A stretch of DNA of 25,715 nt from an uncultured virus (IMG/VR IMGVR_UViG_3300021426_000082) (IMGVR_UViG_3300021426_000082), one strand, 5' to 3'. Numbered from the stretch's first letter, positions 16,545 through 25,039 are shown. Translations and numbers: made by a program. The notes: a model not told the origin generated them from the letters alone.

Positions 16545-16717
16545 AAACGGGAAAATATGTTATCACAAAAGAAGGCTATTCACAGACCATCGTTAACATA
16601 ACCGAACGTGAAGCAAGGGTGCTTGAAAAGTTTATAGAATGGGCATGTCTCGATGACAATTACTTTGTCGAGCCTGTTGATGAGTATGAAGCGGAAACAT
16701 GGGGTGAGGAAGATTGA
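16541..16717 (+). CDS. Hypothetical protein
   Basis: Junction-motif SD; ATGA overlap. Confidence 0.65.
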   Translation: MKTGKYVITKEGYSQTIVNITEREARVLEKFIEWACLDDNYFVEPVDEYEAETWGEED

Positions 16718-17163
16718 GCAGATGGGACACACCGTTTTATAACAACGAACGATATTATGACCCGACAGCAGGGGCGGCTATTGCATCTGTGATTCGTTCT
16801 GAAAGACAAAAGCTGAAAGATATTACAAAAAATGTTTCAGGCAGGAAAGATAGAAAAATCAACACGTTTGCTTTACTGTTTGCTGATTTTTACGGACGGT
16901 CATTCGGATTGAGGGAAAACGGAAAACCTAAAAGACTGGCACAGTATAAACATGTGTATAAGCTGTTAAACACGTATCAGTATTGTGTTGACCATGTAGA
17001 CGATAAAGATTTCAGCATTGACAGTGTGGTAAAGAATCTCCGTCTTGGGACGGACAAGACAGTATATCAGGTGTTTTCTGGAAGAGGGAACATGGGGAAA
17101 TTGATTGACAGTTATAAAACGTGGATGGCAACTGGAGAAATCAGTTGGCGAAGAGGGAGGTGA
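16714..17163 (+). CDS. Phage hypothetical protein (NxExYxDPTA N-terminus)
   Basis: NNERYYDPTAGAAI. Confidence 0.7.
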   Translation: MSRWDTPFYNNERYYDPTAGAAIASVIRSERQKLKDITKNVSGRKDRKINTFALLFADFYGRSFGLRENGKPKRLAQYKHVYKLLNTYQYCVDHVDDKDFSIDSVVKNLRLGTDKTVYQVFSGRGNMGKLIDSYKTWMATGEISWRRGR

Positions 17164-17169
17164 TGGAAA

Positions 17170-17469
17170 GTGACCAACGAAGAAGCCAGAAACATTCTTT
17201 TAACGTCCGTACATCCTCAGACAAGTGAGGAAGCGGAAGCCATTGGCGTTGCGGTCAGGGCGATTGAGAAGATGATTCCGAAGAAACCGATAAAGGCACC
17301 AACAGAATTTTCAAGCGGAGATGTTGTAACTGTTCTGCGTTGCCCGAATTGCGGTACATATCTTGGGATTTGCGACGATAACAAAAGGATTGATTGGAAC
17401 AAGACACCGCTTTCAGAATGTTGTTTCAGTTGTTATCAGAAATTAGATTGGAGCGAGGAACAGGAATGA
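17170..17469 (+). CDS. Conserved phage Zn-ribbon protein
   Basis: AIEKMIPKKP..CPNCG..C..CYQKLDW. Confidence 0.8.
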   Translation: MTNEEARNILLTSVHPQTSEEAEAIGVAVRAIEKMIPKKPIKAPTEFSSGDVVTVLRCPNCGTYLGICDDNKRIDWNKTPLSECCFSCYQKLDWSEEQE

Positions 17470-17690
17470 TCAAAAAGAATGACGTTGTACAATTCACAGA
17501 AAACCATAAGTGGGTAGGGTGTTTTGGATACGTAACAAAAGTCGATAGGTATGGTGGTGGCTTGGTGCGCTACATGATAGGTGTTCCGATGCCGATGCAG
17601 GGAACAGCCTATATCTTTGATGATGGCTCCGGAATTGAAAAAGTAGGGACCGCTGTTCTCGTCCCCGCTGAAGAGGTGGACCATGAGTGA
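17466..17690 (+). CDS. Hypothetical protein
   Basis: MIKKNDVVQFTENHKWVGC; ATGA overlap. Confidence 0.7.
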   Translation: MIKKNDVVQFTENHKWVGCFGYVTKVDRYGGGLVRYMIGVPMPMQGTAYIFDDGSGIEKVGTAVLVPAEEVDHE

Positions 17691-17892
17691 CGTATCAAAA
17701 CAGACGTTGTGGTGCGAACGTAAGGTGTTCAGTAATGCGGACGGGAAAGTGATTGAAGAATGGCAGAGTGCTTTTTGCCCATTCTGCAACAGATACCATA
17801 CCACGCCTTATACATATTTATTTGATAATTACAACTATTGTCCCAACTGCGGACATTCTATGTGGGAGGACAAAGAAGGGAAACATGCTTAA
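17683..17892 (+). CDS. Small Zn-ribbon protein
   Basis: CPFC...YCPNCG. Confidence 0.7.
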   Translation: MSDVSKQTLWCERKVFSNADGKVIEEWQSAFCPFCNRYHTTPYTYLFDNYNYCPNCGHSMWEDKEGKHA

Positions 17893-18229
17893 TAGTAATT
17901 CTGTTGATACACGCGCATCTGATGATGGATTGTGTAAAACGTGTAGCACTAAAGGTTGTGTGTTTCAGCATGGCATAAAAAGAATTAAATGTGATTTTTA
18001 TACAAGTGAGCCAGAACGCAAGATGGGACACTGGATATGCGAATCACAGTGGTCAGATACCATGGGAACCTACTGGAACACATGGAAGTGCGATCAATGC
18101 AATTTTGTGGCCGCTAAAGGATGGGAACACACCAGGGACGGAATGAAACCGAAAGGAAAGTTCTGTAGCGAATGTGGTGCACCGATGGATAAAAAAGTAA
18201 TATTCATATACATTACAGAAAAGGAGTAG
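17885..18229 (+). CDS. Cys-rich protein with PER.xGHWI..C..C..C..CGA module
   Basis: Module shared with 14535..14819. Confidence 0.7.
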   Translation: MLNSNSVDTRASDDGLCKTCSTKGCVFQHGIKRIKCDFYTSEPERKMGHWICESQWSDTMGTYWNTWKCDQCNFVAAKGWEHTRDGMKPKGKFCSECGAPMDKKVIFIYITEKE

Positions 18230-18233
18230 GACC

Positions 18234-18389
18234 ATGGACGATACGACAAAACGTGTCCTTGCTTTTATGGCAAAGCTGATTCTAAACGGAAACGTTGAAT
18301 TGACACTTGTGGATACGTGGACGCTGCACCACATCTGTGACGGTGACTTTTCAAACTTTGAGGACGACAAGAAGGAAGGAGGTGAATGA
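18234..18389 (+). CDS. Hypothetical protein (51 aa)
   Basis: Translated by hand; SD AAGGAG; ATGA overlap. Confidence 0.6.
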   Translation: MDDTTKRVLAFMAKLILNGNVELTLVDTWTLHHICDGDFSNFEDDKKEGGE

Positions 18390-18607
18390 CAATGGATGAG
18401 CTTCATATCGGGATAGTGACAGTCGACCCCGAAAAAACATTTCCCTGTTCAGAAAGACTTTTAAGGAGACTTTTGTTCATGGCGGGCTATGAGCGTGAAA
18501 AAGCAAGACAGGATATTCTGCAATGCTTGTCAGAACTGAAAGCTGTGTATCCGGATAAAGCAGAACAGTTTGAAGAGGATATTAGGTTGCTTAAAGAAAT
18601 CGAATAG
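18386..18607 (+). CDS. Hypothetical protein
   Basis: SD AGGAGG. Confidence 0.65.
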   Translation: MTMDELHIGIVTVDPEKTFPCSERLLRRLLFMAGYEREKARQDILQCLSELKAVYPDKAEQFEEDIRLLKEIE

Positions 18608-18649
18608 ACAAATTAAGGTTTTGCAACAGTGCAAAAAGAAAGGAAAGCT

Positions 18650-18937
18650 ATGATTGTATTCAGGTTATCAATGCCGAATGTGGGTTCATGGAACGGCAAA
18701 TGGTCACGTGACGGAGATTTATTTGTCAGGTGCCGGACCGAGTTTGATGTTCCAAAAGAGCACTGGAACAAAGAATTTGTATATGATTTTGGAGATGGCT
18801 GGACGGCCTGTGTTTCCGTAGAGCGTATGCCGATAGGCGAAGCCAGGAAACTTGAAAGGAAATCAAAGGGGTTCTGCGGTTACGACTGGATGATTCGCAG
18901 CATTATTAATAACGGTGAAATCAGATATGAGGAATGA
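18650..18937 (+). CDS. Conserved phage hypothetical protein
   Basis: F.LSMPNVGSWNGKWS..Y.FGDGW.A..S.GFCGYDWMI.SI. Confidence 0.75.
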   Translation: MIVFRLSMPNVGSWNGKWSRDGDLFVRCRTEFDVPKEHWNKEFVYDFGDGWTACVSVERMPIGEARKLERKSKGFCGYDWMIRSIINNGEIRYEE

Positions 18938-19143
18938 TCATGGACGACTTTGAAAATATAAAATCGCAGTCAAAATTCTGCAAAGAATTAATGACACGTC
19001 TTGATGATGATATTCAGAAATCAGGACACGGAACGTATAGCGGGATGTCAAATTATACGCAGAAACAGAATGATATTATAAGGATTCGCAGAGAGTTAAA
19101 CGCACTTGCAAAGTTGCTTGATCCGTGGCGAAAGGAAGAATGA
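18934..19143 (+). CDS. Hypothetical protein
   Basis: ATGA overlaps at both ends. Confidence 0.65.
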   Translation: MIMDDFENIKSQSKFCKELMTRLDDDIQKSGHGTYSGMSNYTQKQNDIIRIRRELNALAKLLDPWRKEE

Positions 19144-19541
19144 AAATGGAAAACACATGTAACCTATGTATGTACTGCCTTGCTGATACAAGAGAAACCC
19201 CGTTTAAGGGGTTTTACTGTATCAACGAGGCTTCTTCTATGTTCGGGGAAATCGTAAGCAAGCATGGTAAAGGCGGCCCTGGTTGTGACCAATATGATAG
19301 TAAAGACTTCAACGAGATTAAGAAAATGAGCCTGAAAGAAGCGTTGAAAGCAATTATTATTCCTGCTGATGAATCTTATCCTACTTACAAATTTAACTTC
19401 GGGAAGCCGGACGATCATTATATATGGGTCGCAAGGTTTTTCAGGACAAACAAGGACATACTCAGGTATCGTGACGCATACGGCAGGCTGTTTGATGAGT
19501 ATATGCGGTTAGCAGAACAGGACGGTGATTTTGATGACTAA
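19140..19541 (+). CDS. Cys-containing hypothetical protein
   Basis: CNLCMYC..C..C; ATGA overlap. Confidence 0.7.
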   Translation: MKMENTCNLCMYCLADTRETPFKGFYCINEASSMFGEIVSKHGKGGPGCDQYDSKDFNEIKKMSLKEALKAIIIPADESYPTYKFNFGKPDDHYIWVARFFRTNKDILRYRDAYGRLFDEYMRLAEQDGDFDD

Positions 19542-19589
19542 TTATCTGTATCATGGAATGGTTAAACGCAAGTCGCGGGGTATAAACAT

Positions 19590-19787
19590 ATGTACGATAA
19601 AGTAATTAAGTCCTGCCCTAACTGCAAGCGCGATATGCAGGTCCAGAACATCGGAACCAGAAGGGTGCCTCACTGGTGTATCTATTGTGAGCAATGCGGT
19701 CTGAGGTTTGTTTTCGAGAAGAGAATGTCATACCGGAAGTGCAGAGATTGGTTCAAAGAGACAGCAAACGCGCAGAAGGCTTTTTAA
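19590..19787 (+). CDS. Small Zn-ribbon protein
   Basis: CPNC...CEQCG. Confidence 0.65.
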   Translation: MYDKVIKSCPNCKRDMQVQNIGTRRVPHWCIYCEQCGLRFVFEKRMSYRKCRDWFKETANAQKAF

Positions 19788-19893
19788 GGCTCGTTTAGTA
19801 CAACATGAGGGAATAATCAAGACAACAAAGAAAACGTCTATATGGGGACGCTGGGCGGAAAATAACGGCATTTAAAGCCAACGTCCCCAAAGC

Positions 19894-20139
19894 GTGAAAG
19901 GGGGAATAAAAAAATTGTACTCGGTTAAACGATGTCCGTTCTGCGGTGGGTATGGAAAACTGCTGAAGCGGAACAAGACAGTTGTGAACGGAATGATGGA
20001 ATACAACTGTTATGTAACATGCGTCAGGTGTGGCGCAAGAGGTGAGCGGTTTTTGTTCAGGGATTTTGATGACAGGGAAACAGCAAGGATAGCTGCGGTG
20101 AAGTCATGGAACAGGAGGTCGAGGGTTGCTGATTACTAA
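19894..20139 (+). CDS. Lar-family restriction alleviation-like protein
   Basis: KRCPFCGG...YVTCVRCGARG...AVKSWNRR. Confidence 0.75.
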   Translation: MKGGIKKLYSVKRCPFCGGYGKLLKRNKTVVNGMMEYNCYVTCVRCGARGERFLFRDFDDRETARIAAVKSWNRRSRVADY

Positions 20140-20284
20140 TACAGCTATGATCGAAACGCTGTTAGCGGTGGGATGGCCGTTGATTTATCTTGGACACGGA
20201 TTTTATATCGTTCAGCTTTTCAAGAAACAGCGGTTTATATTCCCGTTTATTTTAGTCTATGAGAGAAAGGAAAAAAGGAAATGA
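20126..20284 (+). CDS. Small hydrophobic protein (52 aa)
   Basis: Translated by hand; SD AGGAGG, TTG start; ATGA overlap. Confidence 0.45.
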   Translation: MLITNTAMIETLLAVGWPLIYLGHGFYIVQLFKKQRFIFPFILVYERKEKRK

Positions 20285-20652
20285 GCTTCTACGGTGATTC
20301 AGAAAAAGTCCTGGCCGGGAAACTGTTTGGGCACTCTATTGAGCTTGATTATGGCACAAGCGGTAGGATGCACTCCACAACAGCTTCGCGGATAGACCCG
20401 ATGGACGACCCCGAAATATCAGAAATCGTATGGGATGTCCTTTGCCTTGTGTACAGCAGGGGAAAACTTGAAGAAGGAATAACCCCCGAAGAAATCTACT
20501 ACAAAGACGTAAAGCGATTCAAGGACAAATGGTTCAAGGAACCCCGGAACAAAAGGCTGATCAAATACATTGATGACAAATTCCGCGTCACGCAGGCAGA
20601 ATGTGTTGCACTTATAGGGGGATACGTGAATGAAGAGCAGACAAAAAGATAA
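20281..20652 (+). CDS. Hypothetical protein
   Basis: ORF track; SD AAGGA. Confidence 0.7.
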   Translation: MSFYGDSEKVLAGKLFGHSIELDYGTSGRMHSTTASRIDPMDDPEISEIVWDVLCLVYSRGKLEEGITPEEIYYKDVKRFKDKWFKEPRNKRLIKYIDDKFRVTQAECVALIGGYVNEEQTKR

Positions 20653-20863
20653 GGTCATCGGATTTATCCGTGAACATGGTTCGATAACACAGAGACAGGC
20701 TATCCCGATGGGGATATATAGGTTATCCGGAAGGATTTATGATTTGATCCATGATGACGGTTACGACATTGTAACCACTATGAAAACAGTTATCAACAAA
20801 GACGGTTCAAAGTCCAGGATTGCGGTTTATTCCCTTGGAGGTGGCGACAATGAGAAGTGTTAA
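20630..20863 (+). CDS. Winged HTH DNA-binding protein (HTH_39-like)
   Basis: GSITQRQA..GIYRLSGRIYDL..GYDI.T...A.YSL. Confidence 0.75.
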   Translation: MKSRQKDKVIGFIREHGSITQRQAIPMGIYRLSGRIYDLIHDDGYDIVTTMKTVINKDGSKSRIAVYSLGGGDNEKC

Positions 20864-21770
20864 AAGAATTGTATCAACAGGTTTCTGGACTGATTCGAAA
20901 GTAATCAATCAGTTCTCACCGGAAGATAAATACTTCATGCTTTACCTTTTGACCAATCAGCACACGTCCCAGCTTGGCATATACGGGTTATCACCGAAAC
21001 AGGCGGCTTTTGACCTTGGATATTCTGCGGAGACGGTATCTATCCTGCTTGATCGGTTTGAGACAAAGTACCATGTAATCAAATACAACCGGGAAACATG
21101 CGAGGTCGCAATCCTTAACTATCTTAAACACTCAATCGTCAAAGGCGGAAAGCCTGTTATGGATTGTCTGGTCAAAGAGGAAAAGGACGTTAAAGACAAG
21201 AGCCTGCTCATGGCGGTCTACAATCACTTGAAGGATGACAACAACCTGATTCCTACAGTCAATACCTTCCTGGAATATATCTATAACCTTTACTCTTCTA
21301 AATATCTTACTGAGGAAGGTAATAAATATCCTGTAGGTAATAATACTCCTTCAGAGAAAGAAAAAGATAATGATATATATAATGACAATGACAATGAACG
21401 TAACGTGGTACGTAACGTTGGACGTAACGTGGCACGTAACGTACCCGCCGCCAATAATGACGGTGTAAAGGACCTGTATCAGATGTTCGGAATCTCCGAA
21501 CCACTGGCACAAGAGGTTGACTTGTGGCTCCAGTACAAAAGTGAACGCAGAGAGAAATACAGCCCTACGGGATTAAAGATGCTGATTAAGCGCATTGGCA
21601 AACACGAACAGGAATACGGCGCAAACGCGGTCATCAATCTGATTGAGGAATCGATGTCGAGCAACTATCGCGGAATCATTTGGGATCGCATACAGAGACG
21701 CAGACCGGAAAAAGGGAATGGCGGGCAGGACGCACTTGATTATTACTTGCGTGGAGGTGGTAATGGCTAA
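20850..21770 (+). CDS. Phage replication initiator/replisome organizer
   Basis: RIVSTGFWTD..FSPEDKYFMLYLLTN..GIY..KGGKPV N-terminal domain; internal iterons; C-terminal W..YK.ER..I..S..NYRGI. Confidence 0.85.
   Translation: MRSVKRIVSTGFWTDSKVINQFSPEDKYFMLYLLTNQHTSQLGIYGLSPKQAAFDLGYSAETVSILLDRFETKYHVIKYNRETCEVAILNYLKHSIVKGGKPVMDCLVKEEKDVKDKSLLMAVYNHLKDDNNLIPTVNTFLEYIYNLYSSKYLTEEGNKYPVGNNTPSEKEKDNDIYNDNDNERNVVRNVGRNVARNVPAANNDGVKDLYQMFGISEPLAQEVDLWLQYKSERREKYSPTGLKMLIKRIGKHEQEYGANAVINLIEESMSSNYRGIIWDRIQRRRPEKGNGGQDALDYYLRGGGNG
21270..21442. other. Putative replication origin: AT-rich tract plus four ACGTAACGT iterons at 12-bp period
   Basis: ACGTAACGT at 21398, 21410, 21422, 21434, inside the initiator gene. 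Confidence 0.75.
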
Positions 21771-21951
21771 AAGCGAATTTACCTTTGATGTGAATCTCAA
21801 TATCAACGACGAAACAGTTAAGCGGTGCCTGCAGATACTATCCATGTACATGACAGACAATCCCGATGCGCGGCTCATTGTTACTGATATTTACACAGAG
21901 ATAGGTGTGGAGCGGAAGGTTGTGATAGAAAGGGACGAGGATGAACAGTAA
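21763..21951 (+). CDS. Hypothetical protein
   Basis: SD GGAGG before ATG 21763. Confidence 0.65.
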   Translation: MAKSEFTFDVNLNINDETVKRCLQILSMYMTDNPDARLIVTDIYTEIGVERKVVIERDEDEQ

Positions 21952-22687
21952 AGAAACGGCACAGGTTATCATGTATCTTAAAGGTGTGTACCCCAGGTAT
22001 TATTCCGCTATGAACAACGAACAGATGGAACTGCAGATAAAGGTTTGGACCGATCTGTTTTCGGAATACTCAGTAGAGGCGGTTATGTCTGGTGTCAAAA
22101 CGTTTGCGACAACTGACGCATCGGGGTTTCCTCCTGTACCGGGACAGATTATAGAGAACATGTACAGGGTGGCCCATCTCACCGATGATTCAGCAATCAA
22201 GGCATGGAACCTTGTCAGGCGCGCCATCAATATGCCACGGGATCAATACGGGCTTGCCTATGATGCGTTACCGGAAGATGTGCGGGAAACCCTGGGGACA
22301 AAGGAAAACGCAATAGCAACACTTACTTCATGGGGCATGGTCCCTACTGAACAGTTCGAAACCGTTGTGCAGTCAAATTTCCTGCGCAGCTATGAAGCTG
22401 TGAAACGCGGAAGGACAAAAGAAAAGTGGATGCCGAAGAAAGTGTTGGCAGGCAGGGAAAGCGTTTACAAGGAATTGTCGCAAAAGATAACACCGAACGT
22501 AGAGATAGGAACCATAGAAATCAATACGGTTACAGAAGAACTTGTCAAAAAGCTGGCCGACAGGAAACCGGAAAAGCATCACCATTCAAAACCCGCAACA
22601 GAGACGGAAAAGTATTCGTCATTGAGCGACGAAAACAGAGCAAAGATGGACAAACTATTTGCGCGTCTCAATGGGACAACAGAATAA
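21941..22687 (+). CDS. Replicative helicase loader/inhibitor (G39P-like)
   Basis: M..KET..I...YP.Y...W..LF.EY....V..G.K.F..TD..GFPP.PGQI..AW..V.RAI; follows the initiator. Confidence 0.75.
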   Translation: MNSKETAQVIMYLKGVYPRYYSAMNNEQMELQIKVWTDLFSEYSVEAVMSGVKTFATTDASGFPPVPGQIIENMYRVAHLTDDSAIKAWNLVRRAINMPRDQYGLAYDALPEDVRETLGTKENAIATLTSWGMVPTEQFETVVQSNFLRSYEAVKRGRTKEKWMPKKVLAGRESVYKELSQKITPNVEIGTIEINTVTEELVKKLADRKPEKHHHSKPATETEKYSSLSDENRAKMDKLFARLNGTTE

Positions 22688-22706
22688 ACAAAAATGTCCA
22701 ACATAG

Positions 22707-22735
22707 TTTACATTTTGAATTAAAAGTGCTATGCT
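22707..22735 (+). promoter_or_regulatory. Sigma-A promoter with extended -10
   Basis: TTTACA (22707-22712), 17 bp spacer, TATGCT (22730-22735) with TG at 22727-22728. Confidence 0.65.
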
Positions 22736-22736
22736 A

Positions 22737-22786
22737 TTACTACGTGTTGTACCAGGTTCATATCCGAGGAGTACAACACGTAGTAA
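22737..22786. repeat. Perfect 16-bp inverted repeat with 18-nt loop
   Basis: TTACTACGTGTTGTAC / GTACAACACGTAGTAA. Confidence 0.9.
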
Positions 22787-22813
22787 AAAAAATATAAACA
22801 GGAGAGCACAGAT

Positions 22814-22999
22814 ATGATCAAGAATGTATTGTTAAAAGTCGGACTTGGAATAGCGATGTTTTACATCATGCTTTATATGTCCTCAATCGAGATGACGATT
22901 GACGCGCCTGTATTTGGCGTGTTTGCGTTAGTATGCGCTGTTTACATTGGGCTTTTTATTAAAGCCAACGCGCGCTTAATCGAACGTTATCCCTCGTGA
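22814..22999 (+). CDS. Small two-TM membrane protein
   Basis: SD AGGAG; two hydrophobic segments. Confidence 0.7.
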   Translation: MIKNVLLKVGLGIAMFYIMLYMSSIEMTIDAPVFGVFALVCAVYIGLFIKANARLIERYPS

Positions 23000-23123
23000 C
23001 ACATAAACCACATTCCTGCAGACACACGGGTAAATGCTCATGGCCCAGGACGAATCCTGCAGGATTTTTAATTGCCCGCATATGCTCAGAGGGAGGTATA
23101 TGCGGGCAGGAAGGAGGTCTGCT

Positions 23124-23366
23124 GTGTATGTGCAGATGACGCTAAAGGACTTGCTCATGAACAACGAGTGTAATAAATGTTACTACGGGTGGCATTGGGA
23201 TAAATGCCTTCTTGGTAGACGTGAATGTAACACGGTCGAAAGACCTGCTCCAGACGCGGACAGAATAATCAATCTTTTCAGAGAAGGGGCAAGGATAGCA
23301 GATATAGCGAAACAGACAGGAACAAATACCGGAATGGTGGCTGCGATCATAAAGGAGCTCGCATGA
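23124..23366 (+). CDS. Cys-containing protein with C-terminal HTH-like segment
   Basis: SD AAGGAGG plus GTG 23124; IINLFREGARIADIAKQTG. Confidence 0.6.
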   Translation: MYVQMTLKDLLMNNECNKCYYGWHWDKCLLGRRECNTVERPAPDADRIINLFREGARIADIAKQTGTNTGMVAAIIKELA

Positions 23367-23596
23367 AACAAGACATGGATGAGTTATTGCAGAGGTTAAG
23401 AAACTACGAAAAGCAACTGAAAGAAAAGGACAAGCAAATAAAGGACCTTAATCAAAAACTGATAGAGCTGCGTATTGCTACGGCAGACCGGACCAGGGAA
23501 CGTGCAACATATATTCATGCAGGAAGATTAAGGTCGTTTACTTGTATGTGTGGCAGGCTTTATATCAATGAGGACTGGAAGAGAAGTGAAAAATAA
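23363..23596 (+). CDS. Coiled-coil hypothetical protein
   Basis: SD AAGGAG; ATGA overlap. Confidence 0.65.
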   Translation: MKQDMDELLQRLRNYEKQLKEKDKQIKDLNQKLIELRIATADRTRERATYIHAGRLRSFTCMCGRLYINEDWKRSEK

Positions 23597-23816
23597 ATCA
23601 GTAAGCAAGAGTGGGAACGGAATCCGGTTGAAGGCGTGGCTGAATTGTTCAGGTATCTCCCTGGGGGCCGCGGACAAACAGACCGACAAGATATGTAAAC
23701 CGTTTGCGTCGGTGTACTGGTCAATGTCAAAGAGGAAATATGTTTTGAAAATTGACAAAGATGTATGCGAGGAATACGGTATCGAACCCGCTCAAACAGG
23801 ACGATGGAAAGAATGA
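23586..23816 (+). CDS. Hypothetical protein
   Basis: ORF track; start uncertain. Confidence 0.5.
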   Translation: MKNKSVSKSGNGIRLKAWLNCSGISLGAADKQTDKICKPFASVYWSMSKRKYVLKIDKDVCEEYGIEPAQTGRWKE

Positions 23817-23986
23817 TACACAAACTAATACAGATCATAAAGCAACGGAGAGTGTGTAGGCTTAACCACTATAATTGTCCGGATTGTATATATCATGAAT
23901 GGGCATGGGAAGGAACAGTGTTTAGAGGGAATAAGTGTAGATATTGGAGGATACTGATGAACGCGAGAGGTGACAAACATGATTAA
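23813..23986 (+). CDS. Small Cys-rich protein
   Basis: ATGA overlap; C..CPDC..C. Confidence 0.6.
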   Translation: MIHKLIQIIKQRRVCRLNHYNCPDCIYHEWAWEGTVFRGNKCRYWRILMNARGDKHD

Positions 23987-24173
23987 GGTTGAGTATCTGG
24001 TGGACCAGGAAGGTGCGAACAGAATAGGCTCCTGCGTATCTTGCGGTAAGTATTGTGACGATGACCCGAAAATGGTCAGGGTATTTTTAGGACACAAAAA
24101 AACAGGGTTCCTACAGGGTATGCAAATCTGTCTCTGTGATAAATGCCGAAGAGAACTGTATGAGAAGATTTGA
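23979..24173 (+). CDS. Small Zn-ribbon protein
   Basis: SD GAGGTG; CVSCG...LCDKC. Confidence 0.7.
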   Translation: MIKVEYLVDQEGANRIGSCVSCGKYCDDDPKMVRVFLGHKKTGFLQGMQICLCDKCRRELYEKI

Positions 24174-24184
24174 GGTGAGCAGAA

Positions 24185-24367
24185 ATGATGAAGTGGGAAG
24201 CTGAAGAGAAAGGATATACTTGCAATGATTGCGGTTTGGCAATGTCTAACTGCCATGACAAAAGCATTTGCTGTGAAGATGAAACAGGACTGTGTGACTA
24301 TTTTGAAGAAATCACAAAGGATGGTGAGCAGGATGGTGTCAATAACGTGTCCTTGTGCCGAATGTAA
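24185..24367 (+). CDS. Small Cys-rich protein
   Basis: Junction-motif SD. Confidence 0.6.
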   Translation: MMKWEAEEKGYTCNDCGLAMSNCHDKSICCEDETGLCDYFEEITKDGEQDGVNNVSLCRM

Positions 24368-24542
24368 GTACAACGGCAAAGGAAATAAATGCAAGGCAAA
24401 GGCAATTAAACTTTCATACCGCAACATGCTTACAGTAAACGAGGGTAGAGTTGATATGTGGGTATGTGATAGATATGAATTGTCTGAACTTGCGATACAA
24501 ATTGATAAAACGTTTAAAGATTATCTACAAGAACAGTTTTGA
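24333..24542 (+). CDS. Small Cys-rich protein
   Basis: GGTGAGCAGG plus ATG 24333; CPCAECKYN..C. Confidence 0.65.
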   Translation: MVSITCPCAECKYNGKGNKCKAKAIKLSYRNMLTVNEGRVDMWVCDRYELSELAIQIDKTFKDYLQEQF

Positions 24543-24551
24543 GGTGACGGA

Positions 24552-24866
24552 ATGAGTGAACTGAATTTTTACTGGCGTATGGGAGACTATGCGCTGGAAG
24601 CATGTCCTAAACGTCTTGTCAAACTTGAACCAGACGACCAGAACGAGACGATTGACCTTGTAAAATATTACCAGTATCAGGGGCATGAGTGTAAGTACAG
24701 TATCGGATATTTCTACTACAATTCTCATGAACCGTGCTGGGAACTGAAGTTTGTCGGTGGTCGTTTTAAAGACCTTCTTGAAACGGATGTGGTGGCAGTT
24801 TTTAAGATGCTTAAGGCTGCATATGACACACTTGAAGAATGGAGTTTAAGAGGAGAGCAAGAATGA
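24552..24866 (+). CDS. Hypothetical protein
   Basis: SD GAGGTG; ends GEQE. Confidence 0.75.
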   Translation: MSELNFYWRMGDYALEACPKRLVKLEPDDQNETIDLVKYYQYQGHECKYSIGYFYYNSHEPCWELKFVGGRFKDLLETDVVAVFKMLKAAYDTLEEWSLRGEQE

Positions 24867-25033
24867 AAACAGCAATAGCAAAACCTTTATCCGCTGTCAT
24901 AATCATCATATCCTTTATCGTGCTTTTTTTCAGCCGTAACGATGTGGCGGTTGCTATAAGCGCAATTATGTTTCTTGTGGGAATGATCGTATTATTGGCA
25001 ACGACAGTCATTGACATGGTGGAAGGAAGGTGA
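24863..25033 (+). CDS. Small two-TM membrane protein
   Basis: Junction-motif SD; hydrophobic. Confidence 0.7.
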   Translation: MKTAIAKPLSAVIIIISFIVLFFSRNDVAVAISAIMFLVGMIVLLATTVIDMVEGR

Positions 25034-25039
25034 GCAGGA

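Noticed and set aside
22753..22770. Loop GGTTCATATCC resembling a tRNA T-arm
   Set aside because: It lacks the invariant A58, and no D-arm or anticodon arm can be built; I found no tRNA gene in the window.
7745..22770. Shared 11-mer ATATCCGAGGA in attP and in the 22737 hairpin loop
   Set aside because: Tens of 11-mer matches are expected by chance in a 25.7-kb self-comparison.
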